Source: Vitrella brassicaformis CCMP3155
Taxonomy: Eukaryota > Protista > Chromerida
Length of the DNA stretch: 46,575 nt
Assembly (NCBI GenBank): GCA_001179505.1
Contig: CDMY01000591.1
Span: forward strand, 1 to 46,575
Direction: 5' to 3'
Positions 23,401 to 36,942 of this stretch are shown here, in pieces (position 1 is the stretch's first letter; every line of letters begins with the position of its first letter). The notes under the pieces were generated by a model. The model made no database searches. It was not told where the DNA came from and worked only from the letters and a program-made list of their open reading frames with translations. The position numbers were made by a program, and so were the translations under genes.

Positions 23401-23542
23401 ACCAGCAGACAACAAGAGCGTCGGGTCGGGAGGGGGGGTGCAATCGGGCCATCTGGCGGCTGTTGCGCCGACCGAGGGGCTTGTCATTCTCATTGATGGT
23501 CAGGTCCCTCGCCCTGATCAACAAACGGGGGTTGGCGGCCAT
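20470..23542 (-). CDS. Tyrosine-kinase-like (TKL) protein kinase with C-terminal ankyrin repeats, many short exons
   Basis: MAANPRLLIRARDLTINENDKPLG|SGGFGVVYKG...VAVK...HPNIVEFLG...ELCEGGSL...HRDLKPGNLL...KISDFGM...GTPNYMSPE...DIWALGG...RPAAKE|VL, then an S/P/T linker, then RNIFSAVLAGDV, DNAIHWAAQ, GKTPFMKAALYGHVDV, GFTPLHLAAG repeats. The 3' end is uncertain. Confidence 0.85.
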
Positions 23543-23609
23543 CCTGAACACCCACTTGTGAAGGGCGCGCTGCCAGGGGGCTCAGCCACTCGAGAAAAGG
23601 GCCTTGGGT

Positions 23610-23654
23610 CTCGCAGAATTGTCGGATTTTGGAGCGGGAGGAGAATTCTGCGAG
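23610..23654. promoter_or_regulatory. 11-bp perfect inverted repeat in the divergent kinase/channel intergenic region
   Basis: CTCGCAGAATT (23610-23620) and AATTCTGCGAG (23644-23654), 23-nt spacer. The regulatory role is inference. Confidence 0.35.
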
Positions 23655-23744
23655 CTTGGGGGCCATGGGGGCCGAAACGCATGCAACGGTGTTCCGCGCA
23701 CACAGCATGGTTTCTCGTCTCGTCTGTGCAGCGTGATCAGTCCC

Positions 23745-26700
23745 ATGAGGTCCGGCAGCACTCACACACCGGTGGCTCCTTTCCTCTTGGACGCCGGATG
23801 TGGCAGCGTTCGCACCAGCAGCAGCTCCGCAGCTGCAGCCGGGCCAGCTGCGGCGCCCTTCTTAAACCGCTTTCCCGTCGTCCAGATGGTCTCTTTACGA
23901 ACACTGAAGGCGCGCGACAGTGCTCTGTCGTTTTTCTCCCATGTGTGGAAGCGGCGACACAGCAAGAGCGGTCTGAGGGACGGCCAACCCTTCAACTACA
24001 TCATCCACGGCAAGCAGCTGCGGTTCCCCGAGTACTCTCTGTTTGTGTTCAGCGACAAGAACAAGTTTCGCTATTGGTGTGTGTGGCTGACCGAGTTTGT
24101 GTGGTTCGAGAGGGCCATCTTGCTCTGCATCGTACTTAACTCCATCTCTCTGGCCTTCTACGGCCACGACCAGAAACAAGAGGTCAAGGCCTTCCTGGAC
24201 GACTTGGACATTTTCTTCACGGTGGTGTTCAACCTCGAGATGGCCGTCAAGATTGTGAGTCGGGGGTTTGTGTTGGGGCCGGGGGCTTACCTCAAGGACG
24301 CCTGGAACTGGCTGGACTTCTTCGTGGTGCTCTCGGCCGACCTCGGATACGCTCTGCAGAGCGTGCCGGCACTCAAAAAAATCAATGTGCTCAGGACATT
24401 CAGGGTGAGACATGCACGCGGCAGGAAAGATTTTGTCGTACGCGCGTGTCTGTATGCGTGTGTCTGTGTGGTTAGGCGTTCCGTCCGTTGAGGTCGCTGA
24501 ATGCGCTTCCAGGGATGAGGATTATTGTGGCGACATTGTTTCAGTCTCTGCCGAAGCTGGGCAATCTGTTCCTCTTGGCGTGTTTTGTGCTGGGCCTCTT
24601 TGCCATCCTCGGCATCAACCTCTTCGAACGCACTTACTGGAACAGGCAAGTGGCATGAATATCACACACACACACAGATAGGCTGTCTTCCTGTGTCTCT
24701 CTTGTGTGTGACAAGGAGACACGTAGACAAACAGATTCCTTCCGTATGTGTCTGTGTATTGCGCAGGTGTCGGTTCACCGTCCGGCCAGTGGATGGCCTG
24801 TGGGAGATCGATCCGCACCAGCTGGACTTCTTCTGCGGCGCCGCATACCGCTGCAAAAACCCCGACAAGCGCACCACCTTCTGCCGCAACCTGCTCGACG
24901 CCGACTTCGACACACTCTATAACACCAACTACAGCAGCTACTACTCAGAGCTGTCGGACTCACTTGTGGGCGAATCGGCAGACTACGGCGTCACTGGTGA
25001 GTCATGGAGACACACAGACACAGAGGGAGACATAGGCGCTTCAATGTGGTGTTGTTTTGTGTGTTGGTGTGTGTGAGGGTGCAGGATTTCAGCACATGGG
25101 TACGGCGTTTCTGACGGTGTTTCAGTGCATCACGCTGGAGGGATGGGTCGAGCAAATGTACAAGTAAGACGACAGACAACCAAACAAGGCAGCAATCACA
25201 TACAGCGACTCCCACACCACCAGCAAACACACGCAGGTTTCAGGACTCCTACAGCAAGTGGTTCGCGTCAGTCTACTTCTCTCTGCTGATCCTCCTCGGT
25301 GCGGTGTTTGTGGTCAACCTCACTTTGGCCGTGTTGTGGGAGCGGTTCGAGGACAACGCGCGCAAGCGTCAGATGGAGCAGCCGACGAGCGAGGAGGCCA
25401 AAGTGAACGACAAGCTGTTCGCGTCGGTGGGGCATGCCTGGATGAAGAGCCTGGCGCAGGTCATCAAGGCCATCGATGAGAAGAACCTGCAGATGAGGTT
25501 CAAATCCTTCTCATCGGTCGGTCAGCCACCTGCACGCAGACAGAGAGAGACAGACAGAGAGAGGGATACACATCGGTTGTGTGAATGCAGAAGGGCGACG
25601 CGAGTAGGAGTCCGTCTGTGCGTGGTGGCAACAGTGGTGATGGCTACTCGGCCGGCTCCTTCCTCTCTGAGGCCACTGAGGAGCCGCTGAGCACACGAAT
25701 TGTCGTGTAAACAGGAAGGCAGCCCTTCAAATGCATACATACGCCACGCTCACCCATACCATAAACGTCTGTCTGTTTGTGTTTGTATGCATATGCTATG
25801 CAGTGCAGTCAGGACATTCTGCTACACGGCAAGCGACACTGATATCACCGACGCAAACAAACACGCTTGACTTGTGTGTCTCTGCACGATGTGTGTCAGA
25901 TATCGACCTCCCCGCTGTTCATTTTCCTGATGGTAATATGCATCTTGGCCAACACCATCATCCTCGCACTCGACCGATACGACGACGATAACCCAATCTC
26001 ACCCGCACAACAAACCACTTTCGAGAATATGAACCTCGCATTCACCGTACGTGGGCCGCCACCGTTTCCAGAGGCTGCGATTTGTCTTTATGCTATTGTG
26101 TGGTGTGCGCACGTGCAGGTGATATTCTCTGTGGAGATTCTGTTGAAGCTCATCGGCTTCGGGCGGGGATTCTTCAGGGACTCATTTAACATTTTCGGTC
26201 AGTGACTGAGTGGGAGAGATCCACACAACACCTTTGCAAGTGCCCTTCTCGTCTTTGTCAGATTCGGTTGTGGTGATCTTTTCGATCGTCGAGCTGACGC
26301 AGCCTGGCGGTGCGGGTGCGTCGGCATTCAGGACATTCAGGCTGCTGCGCATTCTAAAACTCGCACGCAACTGGACGGTCAGCCAATCAATCACATCACT
26401 GAGACATACTCACAGTAAAGTGGGTCATTGTGTGAGGGCGCTTGGTCTGTGTGCTGTGCAGTCTCTGCGTATATTGCTTGAGGTGCTTGGGAAAGCTGTC
26501 GGGGCGATGAGCAACTTCTGCTTCCTGCTCTTCCTCTTCCTTTACATATACACTCTCATCGGTCAGCCAAGACACGCACACACACGCACATCAATCAGTA
26601 CACTGCTGCAATCCATATGCAGGCATGACGCTCTTTGCGGGCAAGTTGCCGTCTGGCAAGGGCGAGGATCGGCGGGAGAACTTCGACAACTTCTTCAACT

Positions 26701-29700
26701 CTTTCATCACCGTGTTCATCGTACTCTCGGGCGAAAACTGGAACGAAGTCATGATCAAGGTTAAAACCCACATGCTGCTTTGTGTGGAAGCATTTCTTCG
26801 TTCGTTTCATTTGTCTCTCTTTCTGCAGACGATTCGCCACGTGGGTTACTACAGCCTCATCTACTTCGTGCTTCTGCTTATCGTGGGCAACCTCATCCTG
26901 CTCAACCTCTTCCTCGCCATCCTCCTGGGCTCATTCACCGACGCCCGCACACAGACATTCAAGACATACCTCCTCAACTTCATCGAACTCTGCCAAAAGA
27001 TGGGCGTGACTGCCGAGGACCTCGAGAGCGACAGGGGAGAGGGAGAGTCATACGCGGAGAGCTCATTCAGCCCACGATCGGCCATCGGTGGGAGCCCGAG
27101 TGAGAGAGGTGTTGGCGGTCTGATGGGCAAGCTGCGGCTGATGTCGTCCTTCATGCGGGAGGGGCAGAGGAGGGCACGAGCCAAGACCATCGCCGGGCCT
27201 CCCACACTGGTCTGTCTGCACGGAGTGAAGTGAGAGACCGTCCACCCATCTGTACATGTCTCCTCTCTGTCTACAGCACCGGAGCTACTCAGACCTCGAT
27301 GTGCGAAAGGAGGAGGACTCGTTCAAGCTCCCGCCAGAAGACCTTCAGTCACCCGAGCCTATCACAGACAACCACGAAGGGCCCCCTCCACCGTCAGAGA
27401 CGCCAGTCAGCATGCCTTCGCCGATGCTGCCACTGCCCGGGAGGAAGCGCACTGGTCTGACGGATGGGGCGCCGTCACCCGAACAGCCCAGAGACCACCT
27501 GAGAAGGGCGGCAACAGTCATCAAATCACCATGTACGGATAGACAGAGAAAGAGGTGATGTGTTGTGGGTGTAGCAATGCTAAGTGTGGTGTGTGTGTAG
27601 CATCGAAAGTGTCGCGCAGGAATCTGCACAAGCGGGCTGCCGACGAGAAGTCATGGCTGATAGCTCAGCTGCGGGAGATGAAGCGCCAGGGCAAACTCCC
27701 CACACAGCTCCTTCGAAGAACGATGGGCGCCGACACACTCACACTCGCAGATACCGGCGATGAAGCGGCCCTCTCTCGTTCGGCCAGGAGCCTCCCCGTC
27801 GGCGAGCCACACCCGCAGATCGCATCATCACATCGTGTGTCGGATGACCAGCCGTCGACCGAGACACTGGACAGTCCTGAGGCGGCTGGGGTTCAAGGTG
27901 AGGTTGACGAGGGTGAGAGGGAAAGGGATACAGAGAGGGAAAGGCGGCGGTCTTCGCTCGAGAAGAGGCAGGTCAACTTCGCTCCGCCGACAGACGACAT
28001 TGCCGCTGCGGCGAGGCGGGTAATGGACGAACGAAGGGAGGTCATGCCTCAGAGAGACGAAAAAGTATACCCATGGCTTGCTTGTATTGAGTGTATGTCA
28101 GTCTTCCCTGCCGTTTGTGGTGATAGAAGCAGACGACAGCAGCAGACACGTCGACAAAGACAAGGAGACGCCGGCAGCGCTGCCCCCGTCTGACGCGCTG
28201 CCAACAGGTAAGAGCCAAAAAACATCACCCACGAATCTGCACTCCTTTCTGTTGCCCCAGATCGCTCAATGGTGGTCCGATCGTCATCCCGCAAAGTGTT
28301 GCGGAGACACACGATCGGCCCGGACGCCTCTAGTCACTCACTCGGCATGCTCGAGTCAGGTCTCGGCGCGCCTGTGGGTGGTGGCATCAACCCATTAATC
28401 ACACAAGACAAGAAGAGTGGCGCCTTGCTGACGTGGCAGTCGCACCTGGCTGAGGCGTGGACGGCCGTGCGGCGGACAGTGTCCAATGTGGCCACCGACG
28501 TGGGCAAGGCACTGGCGGGGCGGGACATCCCGACGGACCCGAGACCTTACCTGCTCATGAAACAGGTGACGGAACATTTAAGCGCCAGAAGCTCTTGGTG
28601 CGGCAAGTGTGTGTCTTTGTGTCGCTTTCAGCGAAGCATCGAAGCGGGCGCAATGGAGTGAGTAACAAAAGCACAGTGTACATCTCACACAACGCATCTG
28701 CACGACATGTGTGTCTTGCCACAGGCAGGCCGAGCAGGAAGAGGACCTTCTTCTCTACGGAGGCAAGAAGGGTCATCATCAAGCCATGGTGCTCCCCAGC
28801 ACCATATTCGAGGACTCCCCAATGGAGCGTGCCGCAGCCAGGGCGTCAGTGGCCCTCAGCATCGTGCCTGAAGCACCCACCAAACCACCTATACCAATAC
28901 GCAAGAAGAGAGTCAGGACGACGCTATCACCAGTAGGGCTCGGAGCCGTCGAGAGATACTGGCGGACATTTCGACAGGTCTGCCGGGCGATTGTGACGAA
29001 CGCCAAGTGAGGAATACACACACACACACACACACACGGACAGAGATAGAGAGAGACAGGCAGAGAGGATGTGTGTGTGTGTGTGTGTGTGCGTGAATGG
29101 CAGGTTTGATGCGATAATCATGAGTCTGATCCTCGCCTCGTCAATTCTCATGGCGGTTGCGCACCCCGAGATCGACCCGAACAGCGACTTCGGCCAGGCC
29201 GTGTGGCACATCGATGTGGTCCTCACCTTCACATTCGTCGCTGAGATGCTACTGAAGTGGTTTGCATTCGGCCTCTTGTTTGAGAGCAGCAACTCATACT
29301 TCCGGTCAGCATGCAAATGCATGTCTCTCTCTCTGTATGTCGTCTCATGTGCGGCCGTGCTCCTTTGTTTGCACGTGCAGAGTGGGATGGAACTGGCTCG
29401 ATTTCGTGGTCGTGACGACGTCTCTGCTGACATTCATCTTCGGGCAGATGGAGAGCTCCGGGCAGGACAGTGGCTTCGACACCTCCTCCCTCCTGGCCTT
29501 CAGGGCCCTGCGTGTGCTCAAATCGTTTCGTGCTTTCCGGCCTCTGCGTATCATTTCCCGCAGCAGCGGCATCAAGCTCGTGGTGGACTCGCTGCTCTCC
29601 TCCATCCCATCGCTGGCCAACGTGTTCATGATTTGCTTCCTGATGTATCTGATTTTCGCCATTTTGGGGGTGAATCTGTTCAAGGGCGCCTTCTACGCGT

Positions 29701-32700
29701 GCTACGACGATGCAGGAAATGAGGTTGAGGTGGACAGGGCGGCCTGCAAGAGCGACGACTCACTCAACCTGGTGGTGGCGGACTCCAACTTCGACAACGT
29801 CTACAGGGCGATGGTCACACTCTTCCAAGTAGGCCTCTTCCACCCTCTCTTTGCGTGGCTCCATTCGTGTGTGGTGGGTGCAGGTGAGCACAACGGAAGG
29901 ATGGATCGACACCATGTACGACGGCGTTGACGCGGCCTCGCCCGGCAAGTATCCCAAGTCGGACCGCAACATGCACCGCTCCCCCTGGGCGGCACTGTAC
30001 TTCGTGGCGTTCATCGTGGTGGGCAACTTCTTCTCGATCAATTTGTTTGTGGGGGTCATCATCGACCAGTTCCAGCAGATGAAGGAGGAGATGGAGGGCG
30101 GGCCATTCATGACGGAGAACCAGCGCAAGTGGAAGGAGGTCCAACGGATGCTCTTCCAACAGAGGATACTCGAGAAAAAGACACTTCAGTTCCCGAAGAG
30201 CAAGTAAGAGGGGAAGAGAGAGAGACTGACGGATGTACACCTTTCCTCCTGTGTTTCTACGTGTGTGGTCAGCCTGGCTTGGCTGCAGGCCTTTCGCACG
30301 CACTTTGCGCCGATCGTGGCTTCGCGTGGGTTTGAATTTTCGATCATGTTCATCATCACCCTCAACACGGCCGTCATGTGCATGCGCCACGCCACCATGA
30401 GCAACAGCTTCGCACAAACACTCGAGACCCTCAACATAGTGAGACACGAGAAGAACAACCAAAGGCACACACAATAAGAGAGACATGGCGTGTTCGATAG
30501 TAGGTGTTTGCGGTAATATTCAACCTGGAGGCGGCAGTGAAGCTGCTGATATTCAGCCGTCTCTACTGGAAGGACCCCTGGAACACCTTCGACTTCATGA
30601 TTGTGGTCGGCACCGATGTCACGCTGATCGTCATCGCCCTCCAATCTGAAAACATCCGTCAGCCTGCCACAACCACACAGCACAGCCACACACAGCAGTG
30701 CAGTGGATGGCCATTTGTCTGCTTGCTCCATCCATACACACATAGGGTCCAATTTGTCGACGATGGCCACGATGCTTCGTGCGTTTCGCATAGGGAGGGT
30801 GCTGCGTCTGATCCGGCAGGCGGCCGGGCTGCGAGTGCTCTTCCAGACCATGCTCAATGTCATCCCCTCTCTCGGAAACATCGCAAGTACACAGACGCCC
30901 ACAGCACATTGTGTGCGCGTGGATCGCTTCATGGGTGTCATACTGACTGTCAGGTCTTGTGTTTCTGCTGTTCTTCATTTATGCTGTCCTGGGTATGTCT
31001 CTCTTCGGCCTGGTCGAGTGGGGCGAACACCTCAACAGATACGCCAACTTCAGGCGGTTCGGGGACTCTTTGCTGGTCTTATTGCGCATCGCCACTGGCA
31101 AGGAAGGAAGCTCCCTTTGTCTATGGAAACACAGACAGAAGAACTGCTCATAAATTGATTGCAATCTTCAGGTGAAGACTGGCACGAGCTGATGTACGAC
31201 TGTGCCAACAACAGCGGCGGCACGTGGCTGGCCTACATCTACTTCCTGTCCTTCATGCTCCTCGTGTCCTTTGTTATGATGAACTTGTTCATCGCCGCTG
31301 TCCTCGAGGGCTTCAGCGAGACGGTGGCCGAAGACAACCTGGAGAGGATACGGAACCAGCATGAACAGTTCATGAGCATGTGGATGGAGCACTCCAAAGG
31401 GGAACGGTGCGCACAACACAACACACTTGTGTGTCCACATCTCTGTCTCTCTCTGCGCGTGCACACGTGTCTCTCTTTGTGAAGGTGGATCGACATCTAT
31501 GACTTTCTGGTCATCCTGGACAAGATTCAGTTCCCTGTGGGGTTCCGCGGCGAGTTCCAGGGCACCAAGGCCGTCAGGTTTAAACGCATGATGTCCATAC
31601 TCGCTGCCAACCAACTCCCCATCTACGGAACCAGGTACACACACGAAAACACACTCGTCCCTCTCTCTCTCTGTCTTTCTACATGGCATCCTTCCATCGA
31701 GCAGGGTGCATCTGCATGACGTCATCATCAACGTCGTGCGTCGTGCCTGCACGTACCTCTCCAAGTCCAACCCCTGGAACCCACAGGCAGAGGAGAGCGT
31801 CGAGCTGTCGGGAGAGCTAGTCGACGCTTGGAAGAAGCAATTCCCCGAACTGGACGACTACGATACCGCCTTTGATGTGGGGCACCTTCTCGCCGCGAGA
31901 TTCATCCAGAAGCTCTGGGAGAAGAGAAAGGTCGCTTCCGATGAATGCGGCGAGACACAATGGCTCTCGCCATGGATCATTTCTCCTTTTGTTCTTGTCA
32001 GAAGCGGAAGACGCTGATCAGTATAGTCAACATGAGCCGCAATGCCAACAACAGCTCCGGCGGTGGTGGTGGTGGTGGTGGTGGCCCTGACCATCAACAC
32101 CCCAAACGGGACCCGCCAGGCCCACCCCCACCCCCTGCTATTCCCCTTGACACCCAGCCAGCACACGAGAGCTCACAACCAGCGCAACAGGAAACGCCGA
32201 CGGAGAGCCCTCAGCAGCGTACGGTTGCCCATCTCTTCCGTTGTGGTGATGAGGACGACTTGGTTGCAGATGTGCCCCCATTGCTGCCGGGGTTGGTTCC
32301 GACGGCCGTGTTTAAGGAGACATCGCCCAGGTCGCCTTCAAGGTCCCCACGGCGGTCGCTGGCGCCACCAGTGGAGTCAGAGCAATCCGTCACCCCGTCG
32401 AGCGGTGAGGCGCCTGCTGACCCTCTCAGCCTCCCACCGCAGCCTGATGAGAGCGAGGCTGCGGTGGAGATGGACACTGAAGACAAGAGGGGGCGTGGAT
32501 GTGGGCATTCGACTGGCAGCAGCGGCAACAACCATTTTGGTGGAGACACGTCACCGCCGGCAGAAGCGTGTGAGCACATGACGCGGCGGGCCGTTGAAGT
32601 GCAGGACTCTACGGGAGGGCCGGCACCCCAATCTCCTGACCAACATGACCAACATGACCAACATGAAAGCAGCAGCACCAGCCCACGTCTCGTCCATCAC

Positions 32701-33090
32701 GAGAGAAGAAGGGGAGACACGCCATCCCCCCGCCAACACCAACACGTCTCTGCCGGTGCGGTCGATGACAGCCTCGACGTCGAGTCATTCACCAGCAGCA
32801 GTAGCAGGGACGTGCACAGACGGATGGAGCAGCCGTCACAGGCGTCCTTCCGGCCCTCCGAGCCGTCCATTGCCGAAGCCGGGCCGGAGGAGAGCCATGA
32901 GCCGCACCCCCAACCCCATCTGCACGCGCACGAGACACCACCGGATGATGTGGTGCAGGTGGATCATGGTGGAGGCGAGGAGAGTGAGGATGGTGGTGGT
33001 GGTGCAGGTGGTGGTGGGGATGATGCGTATGCGGACACACTGCTAGACGACACCATGGAGAGGGTGATGGGAATACGGCCCGCTGGCTGA
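23745..33090 (+). CDS. Four-domain voltage-gated calcium channel alpha-1 subunit (EEEE filter), roughly 30 exons
   Basis: Four S4 helices (LRTFRAFRPLRSL; FRTFRLLRILKL; FRALRVLKSFRAFRPLR; LRAFRIGRVLRLIR) and pore loops TLEGW, SGENW, TTEGW, TGEDW. C-terminal EF-hand-like region and IQ-like motif AARFIQKLWEKRK; stop at 33088-33090. The start ATG is uncertain. Confidence 0.95.
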
Positions 33091-33438
33091 CAGACACAAG
33101 TGTGTGAGGTTTGTCGGTTTGTTTGCTACACACTTGGGAGGGGAGATATGTGCATATGGTGGCCGTCTGTGGGGCTTGCTGTGTGTGTCAATGGGTGTGT
33201 GGGTGTACAGTAGGTAGACGAGCAAGCGAAGGAGTGCGTGTAGCAAGCACCGATCAGTCGGCGCAGCGGCTGATGCGGTATGTGCTGTGCCCCGTAGCTA
33301 GCCTCCTGCAGACACTGACAGACCGGACCTTATTTGTCGACCATCCATTCGACCATCGATCCATTGCATTCGATGACACGTCATTCACATCATGCATCAG
33401 TCCGCAAACACACCCATACACTCACTCTCTACACCGAT

Positions 33439-36400
33439 TCACACCCTGGCGAAGTTGTATCTCACGGCCGTCTGTCTCCCATTTTTACCCCTCTCAACAC
33501 GCACAAGAGGGGAGGATGTCACGTGACCCCCACCCCCTCCCCCTCTCCCGCCACCTAACACACACGACCCACCCCCACTCAAATCATCCTCCGGCCTCCG
33601 GTTCACATGCCCGGCAAAAGGAGACGGCCGCTGTGCCGAAGGCGGCAGTAACGGCACCTTGTCTGTCGTGCCGCCCGTACGCACCGGTGAGGGCTGTTCG
33701 AGTGCTGTCAGGTCCGCTGCTTTGGTATGGGGTGTGAGGTGGGGCGGGGTGGCTGGGATGGGGGCGGGCGCAGGTGGGGATGGCTGGCCTGAGTCATAGC
33801 TTGGGTCGGGAGGAGGTGGGCGATGAGGGGGTGTGCGGCGGAAGCCGAGAGCGAGGTCCGAGCTGAGAGTCAGCCGCTTGCTAGCAGCAGCAGCAGCCAC
33901 CGATTCTGGCACGTCACCAACACCACTATCAGCACCCCCATCCCTCTCTGCTTTCGGCGCTTGACGGACTGGCGACGAGAGAAGGATCTCCTCTTCTGCT
34001 GCTGCTGCTGCTGCCACTCCACTAGCCTGCTGCGGCTCTCGGTCTTGGCATGTTTGCTCCTCTATGCTGTCCCCACCCCAGCTGCGCGAGAAAACATCAG
34101 CCGGCTCGCTCCTCGTCTCCCACAACACACCTGCCATATCGTCCTCTTGCTCTTGCTCTTCCGCTGCTGGCTGGTCTTCCTTGACTGCTGCTGGTGGCGG
34201 TGCGGCGATTTGCGTGTGGTCGGGTAGTGGGTCTCTATCGGTGCAACCACCCCACAGCTGCTGCTGCTGATGCTCATCTTGCTCCTCGTCCCTGCTGGAC
34301 CGGTGTGTGGGGGGGATGATGCGCAGCCGCAGCTGGGGCGGCTGGCTGTGGCCGCCTGGCGTGTGCTGCTGGTGGCCATCCTCGTCGGCGGCATCGTCTG
34401 ACGCAACAGCCATGATGAGGCCGCCCACGTCGTCTCCTCCTTGTTCGCCCTCCTCATAGGTGTCGTTCTGTGTCTGTTGGTCGCCCTCCAACTCGCGGAT
34501 CCGTGTCTCGCTGGCCTGCAGCTGGTTGGCAAGCTCGTGTGAGAGCTGCTGCGCGCCCATCAGCTGTTGCTCTAACATCCACACCTCCCTCTCCCTCTCT
34601 GTAGCACTAGCACCGTCCGTCTGGCAGCCACCTTCAGCCGTGACGGCCTCCTTCCGCCGAACCAGGCGGGCATTCTCACTCTGAAGCGTGGCGATCTGAA
34701 CGCACACCAAAACATGCAGAATGCGCCCCCTTCTCTCTCTGTATCTGTGTGGGTGTGGGTGGGCGTACCTCTGCTTCAAGCGCAGCAGTTGTGTCGGCAT
34801 GAGCAGCCTCTGTCTGGCGTTGCTGCAGCTGCAGGTCGGCCACACACTTCTCGAGAGCGCGGGTGCGCTGCCGAAGCTCATGGCGCTCCTGCTCGTGGGC
34901 ACGCACCTCGCCCTAACACACCCATGCATGATACACACACACACACAAGGAGACCGTGTTGGCGTGTTCTGGGTGTGTCGACTACCTTGAGCGAGGCGTT
35001 GCGTTCCTGTGCTGCGGCCATCTCTGTTTCTAGGTCCCGCAGTGCGCTCCTGAGGCCATCTAGCGACTTCTTCTCGTCCGCACTCTCCTTCTGCAGCCGG
35101 TCTCTCTCGCTCTCAGCATCCCTCAGCTGGCTGGTCAGCCTTTCGATAGTCTGCTTGTGGTGGCTATGCTGGGTCTTCAATGACTACACACACACGAGAC
35201 AGACAATGCATGGAGTTCTGCGTGCGGGTACGTGTACGTGTTCCCTCTCTGTTCGGACACAGACCTGTGTTTGTGCGGATGACTGGGCGGCCTCCTCGGT
35301 CAATGCTGCGAACCGCCTCTCAGCCTCGCCCAACTGCTGCTCGAGGAAACCCACCCGCCCCTCCAGCTCAATCTTCGCCCGCATCCCTTCCTGCTCCACA
35401 CGCCGCCTCGCCCCACAGGCACCCTCCTTCTCCCGACGCAGCGTCGCAACCCGCCCCTCCAGGTCGGTTTTCTCCCTCATCAGCTCGGCAGCCAGCGACT
35501 TCTGCATCAGCAGACACTCTAACGCCTCGTCGCGGTCCTTGGTGACGCGATCCATGTCGACTCGCATGGCCGCCAGCTGCTGCGGGATGGTCGTGTGTGT
35601 GGGTGGTGGAGTGTCGGTCTCGACGCTGACTGTGCGATGGGTGGTGGTCTTACGATGCACCGGCTTTGTTGTGGGCTGCCGATGGACCACCTTGGCTGCT
35701 GCTGCTGGTGCTGCTGGTGCGGGTGGGGGGAGAGGGGGAGAAGGTTTGCCCGCAGCTGCCGCTGTGCCGGTGGAAAGGGATTGTGTGAGTTTCTTGGTGT
35801 CCTTCTGGGCAGTGGACAGCTGAGAGGCCGACAGGACAATGTCTTTGGCCGCCGCCGTCGCAGCAGCAGCAGCAGCAGCAGCAGGCCGAACAGGGGGAGG
35901 GAGAGGGGGGCTGGGTGGCTGTGCCGCTGCTGCTGATCCTGTCGGGGTCTGTGCGTGGGGCGTCTTATTCCAGCCAAAGAGAGACGACCGCTGAGGCCTC
36001 CTATCGCCACCAGCACCCCCACCTCCAGTCGTATCGTCTACATCACCATCACCACCCCCACCAGCACCAGCATCACCAATGTCTACCTCAGGCAGCAGGC
36101 TGAGCTTGAATGACGGCACGGCAGGCGCCATCGCCCCACCCTTGCTGCCAACCCCTCCAGCACCGACCCCCAGCTGAAGCTCCCTTTGCCGCGACACTGG
36201 CAACTCGGCAAAGGGCCGATGACTCACAGTGACCCGCCCGTAGACGCCCTTGTCGCCATGATCTGGCCTGTCCATACTCGGCGAGGAGGTGGCCTGCTGT
36301 GGCTGTGGCTGTGGCGGTGTGGGCTGGTGGCCGGATGGCACATGGGACGAGAACCTTACCAGCGCGTCAAGGGCCGCCAGCTGCACATGATAGACAGACA

Positions 36401-36942
36401 TACCGACGGATGAATTGCATCTCGTTGTCTTTCTGGCTGGGCTGCATGCCCTAATTGCGTGTATGCACACCCACCTGGTTCTGCACAGACTCTATCTCTG
36501 TTGCAATCGTGGCGCGGGCGTCACCCCGAGGCCCGGCCTCATAGTCATTCCCAAGCTGATGCTCTTCCAAATCTGGCGACGCATCTCCACCAACAGGTGC
36601 ATCAGCATCATCTTCTACCTCCCTGTCGGTGACGCCTGTGCCTAGAGGGTTTAGAGGCTGTCCGCCCGTCGGAACGTCCTTCGGATGCTGCTGGTGCTGG
36701 TGCGTGAGCCTGGCCCTGTTCTTAGCTGCATATGTATGAGGCGATATCAACAACTGACCCTTGCTCAGCATTTCCACCGCTTTCGCCTCGCAGCTCCGCC
36801 CAGGGCGAGCAGTTTCACGCAATGTCTTAGGGCGAGGTTGCGGCACTTGTGAAAGAACGAGGAGAGAAGGGCTCCGAGTTGAGCTCCGCATCGCCTCGTT
36901 CGCGCCGCCATTGCTGGATCTGGAAAGGAGACGCTGCTTCAT
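33439..36942 (-). CDS. Large low-complexity/coiled-coil protein of unknown function, ~5 exons
   Basis: Exons ~36942-36476, ~36383-35265, 35183-~34987, ~34912-34769, 34696-33439 join in frame at GT-AG sites. Heptad-rich stretches include LAAMRVDMDRVTKDRDEALECL... and IATLQSENARL... Confidence 0.6.

Noticed and set aside
30883-30953. Possible GC donor ATC|GCAAGT in channel domain IV
   Set aside because: The phase does not fit; the GT donor four bases later gives LGNIAS|LVFLLFF correctly.
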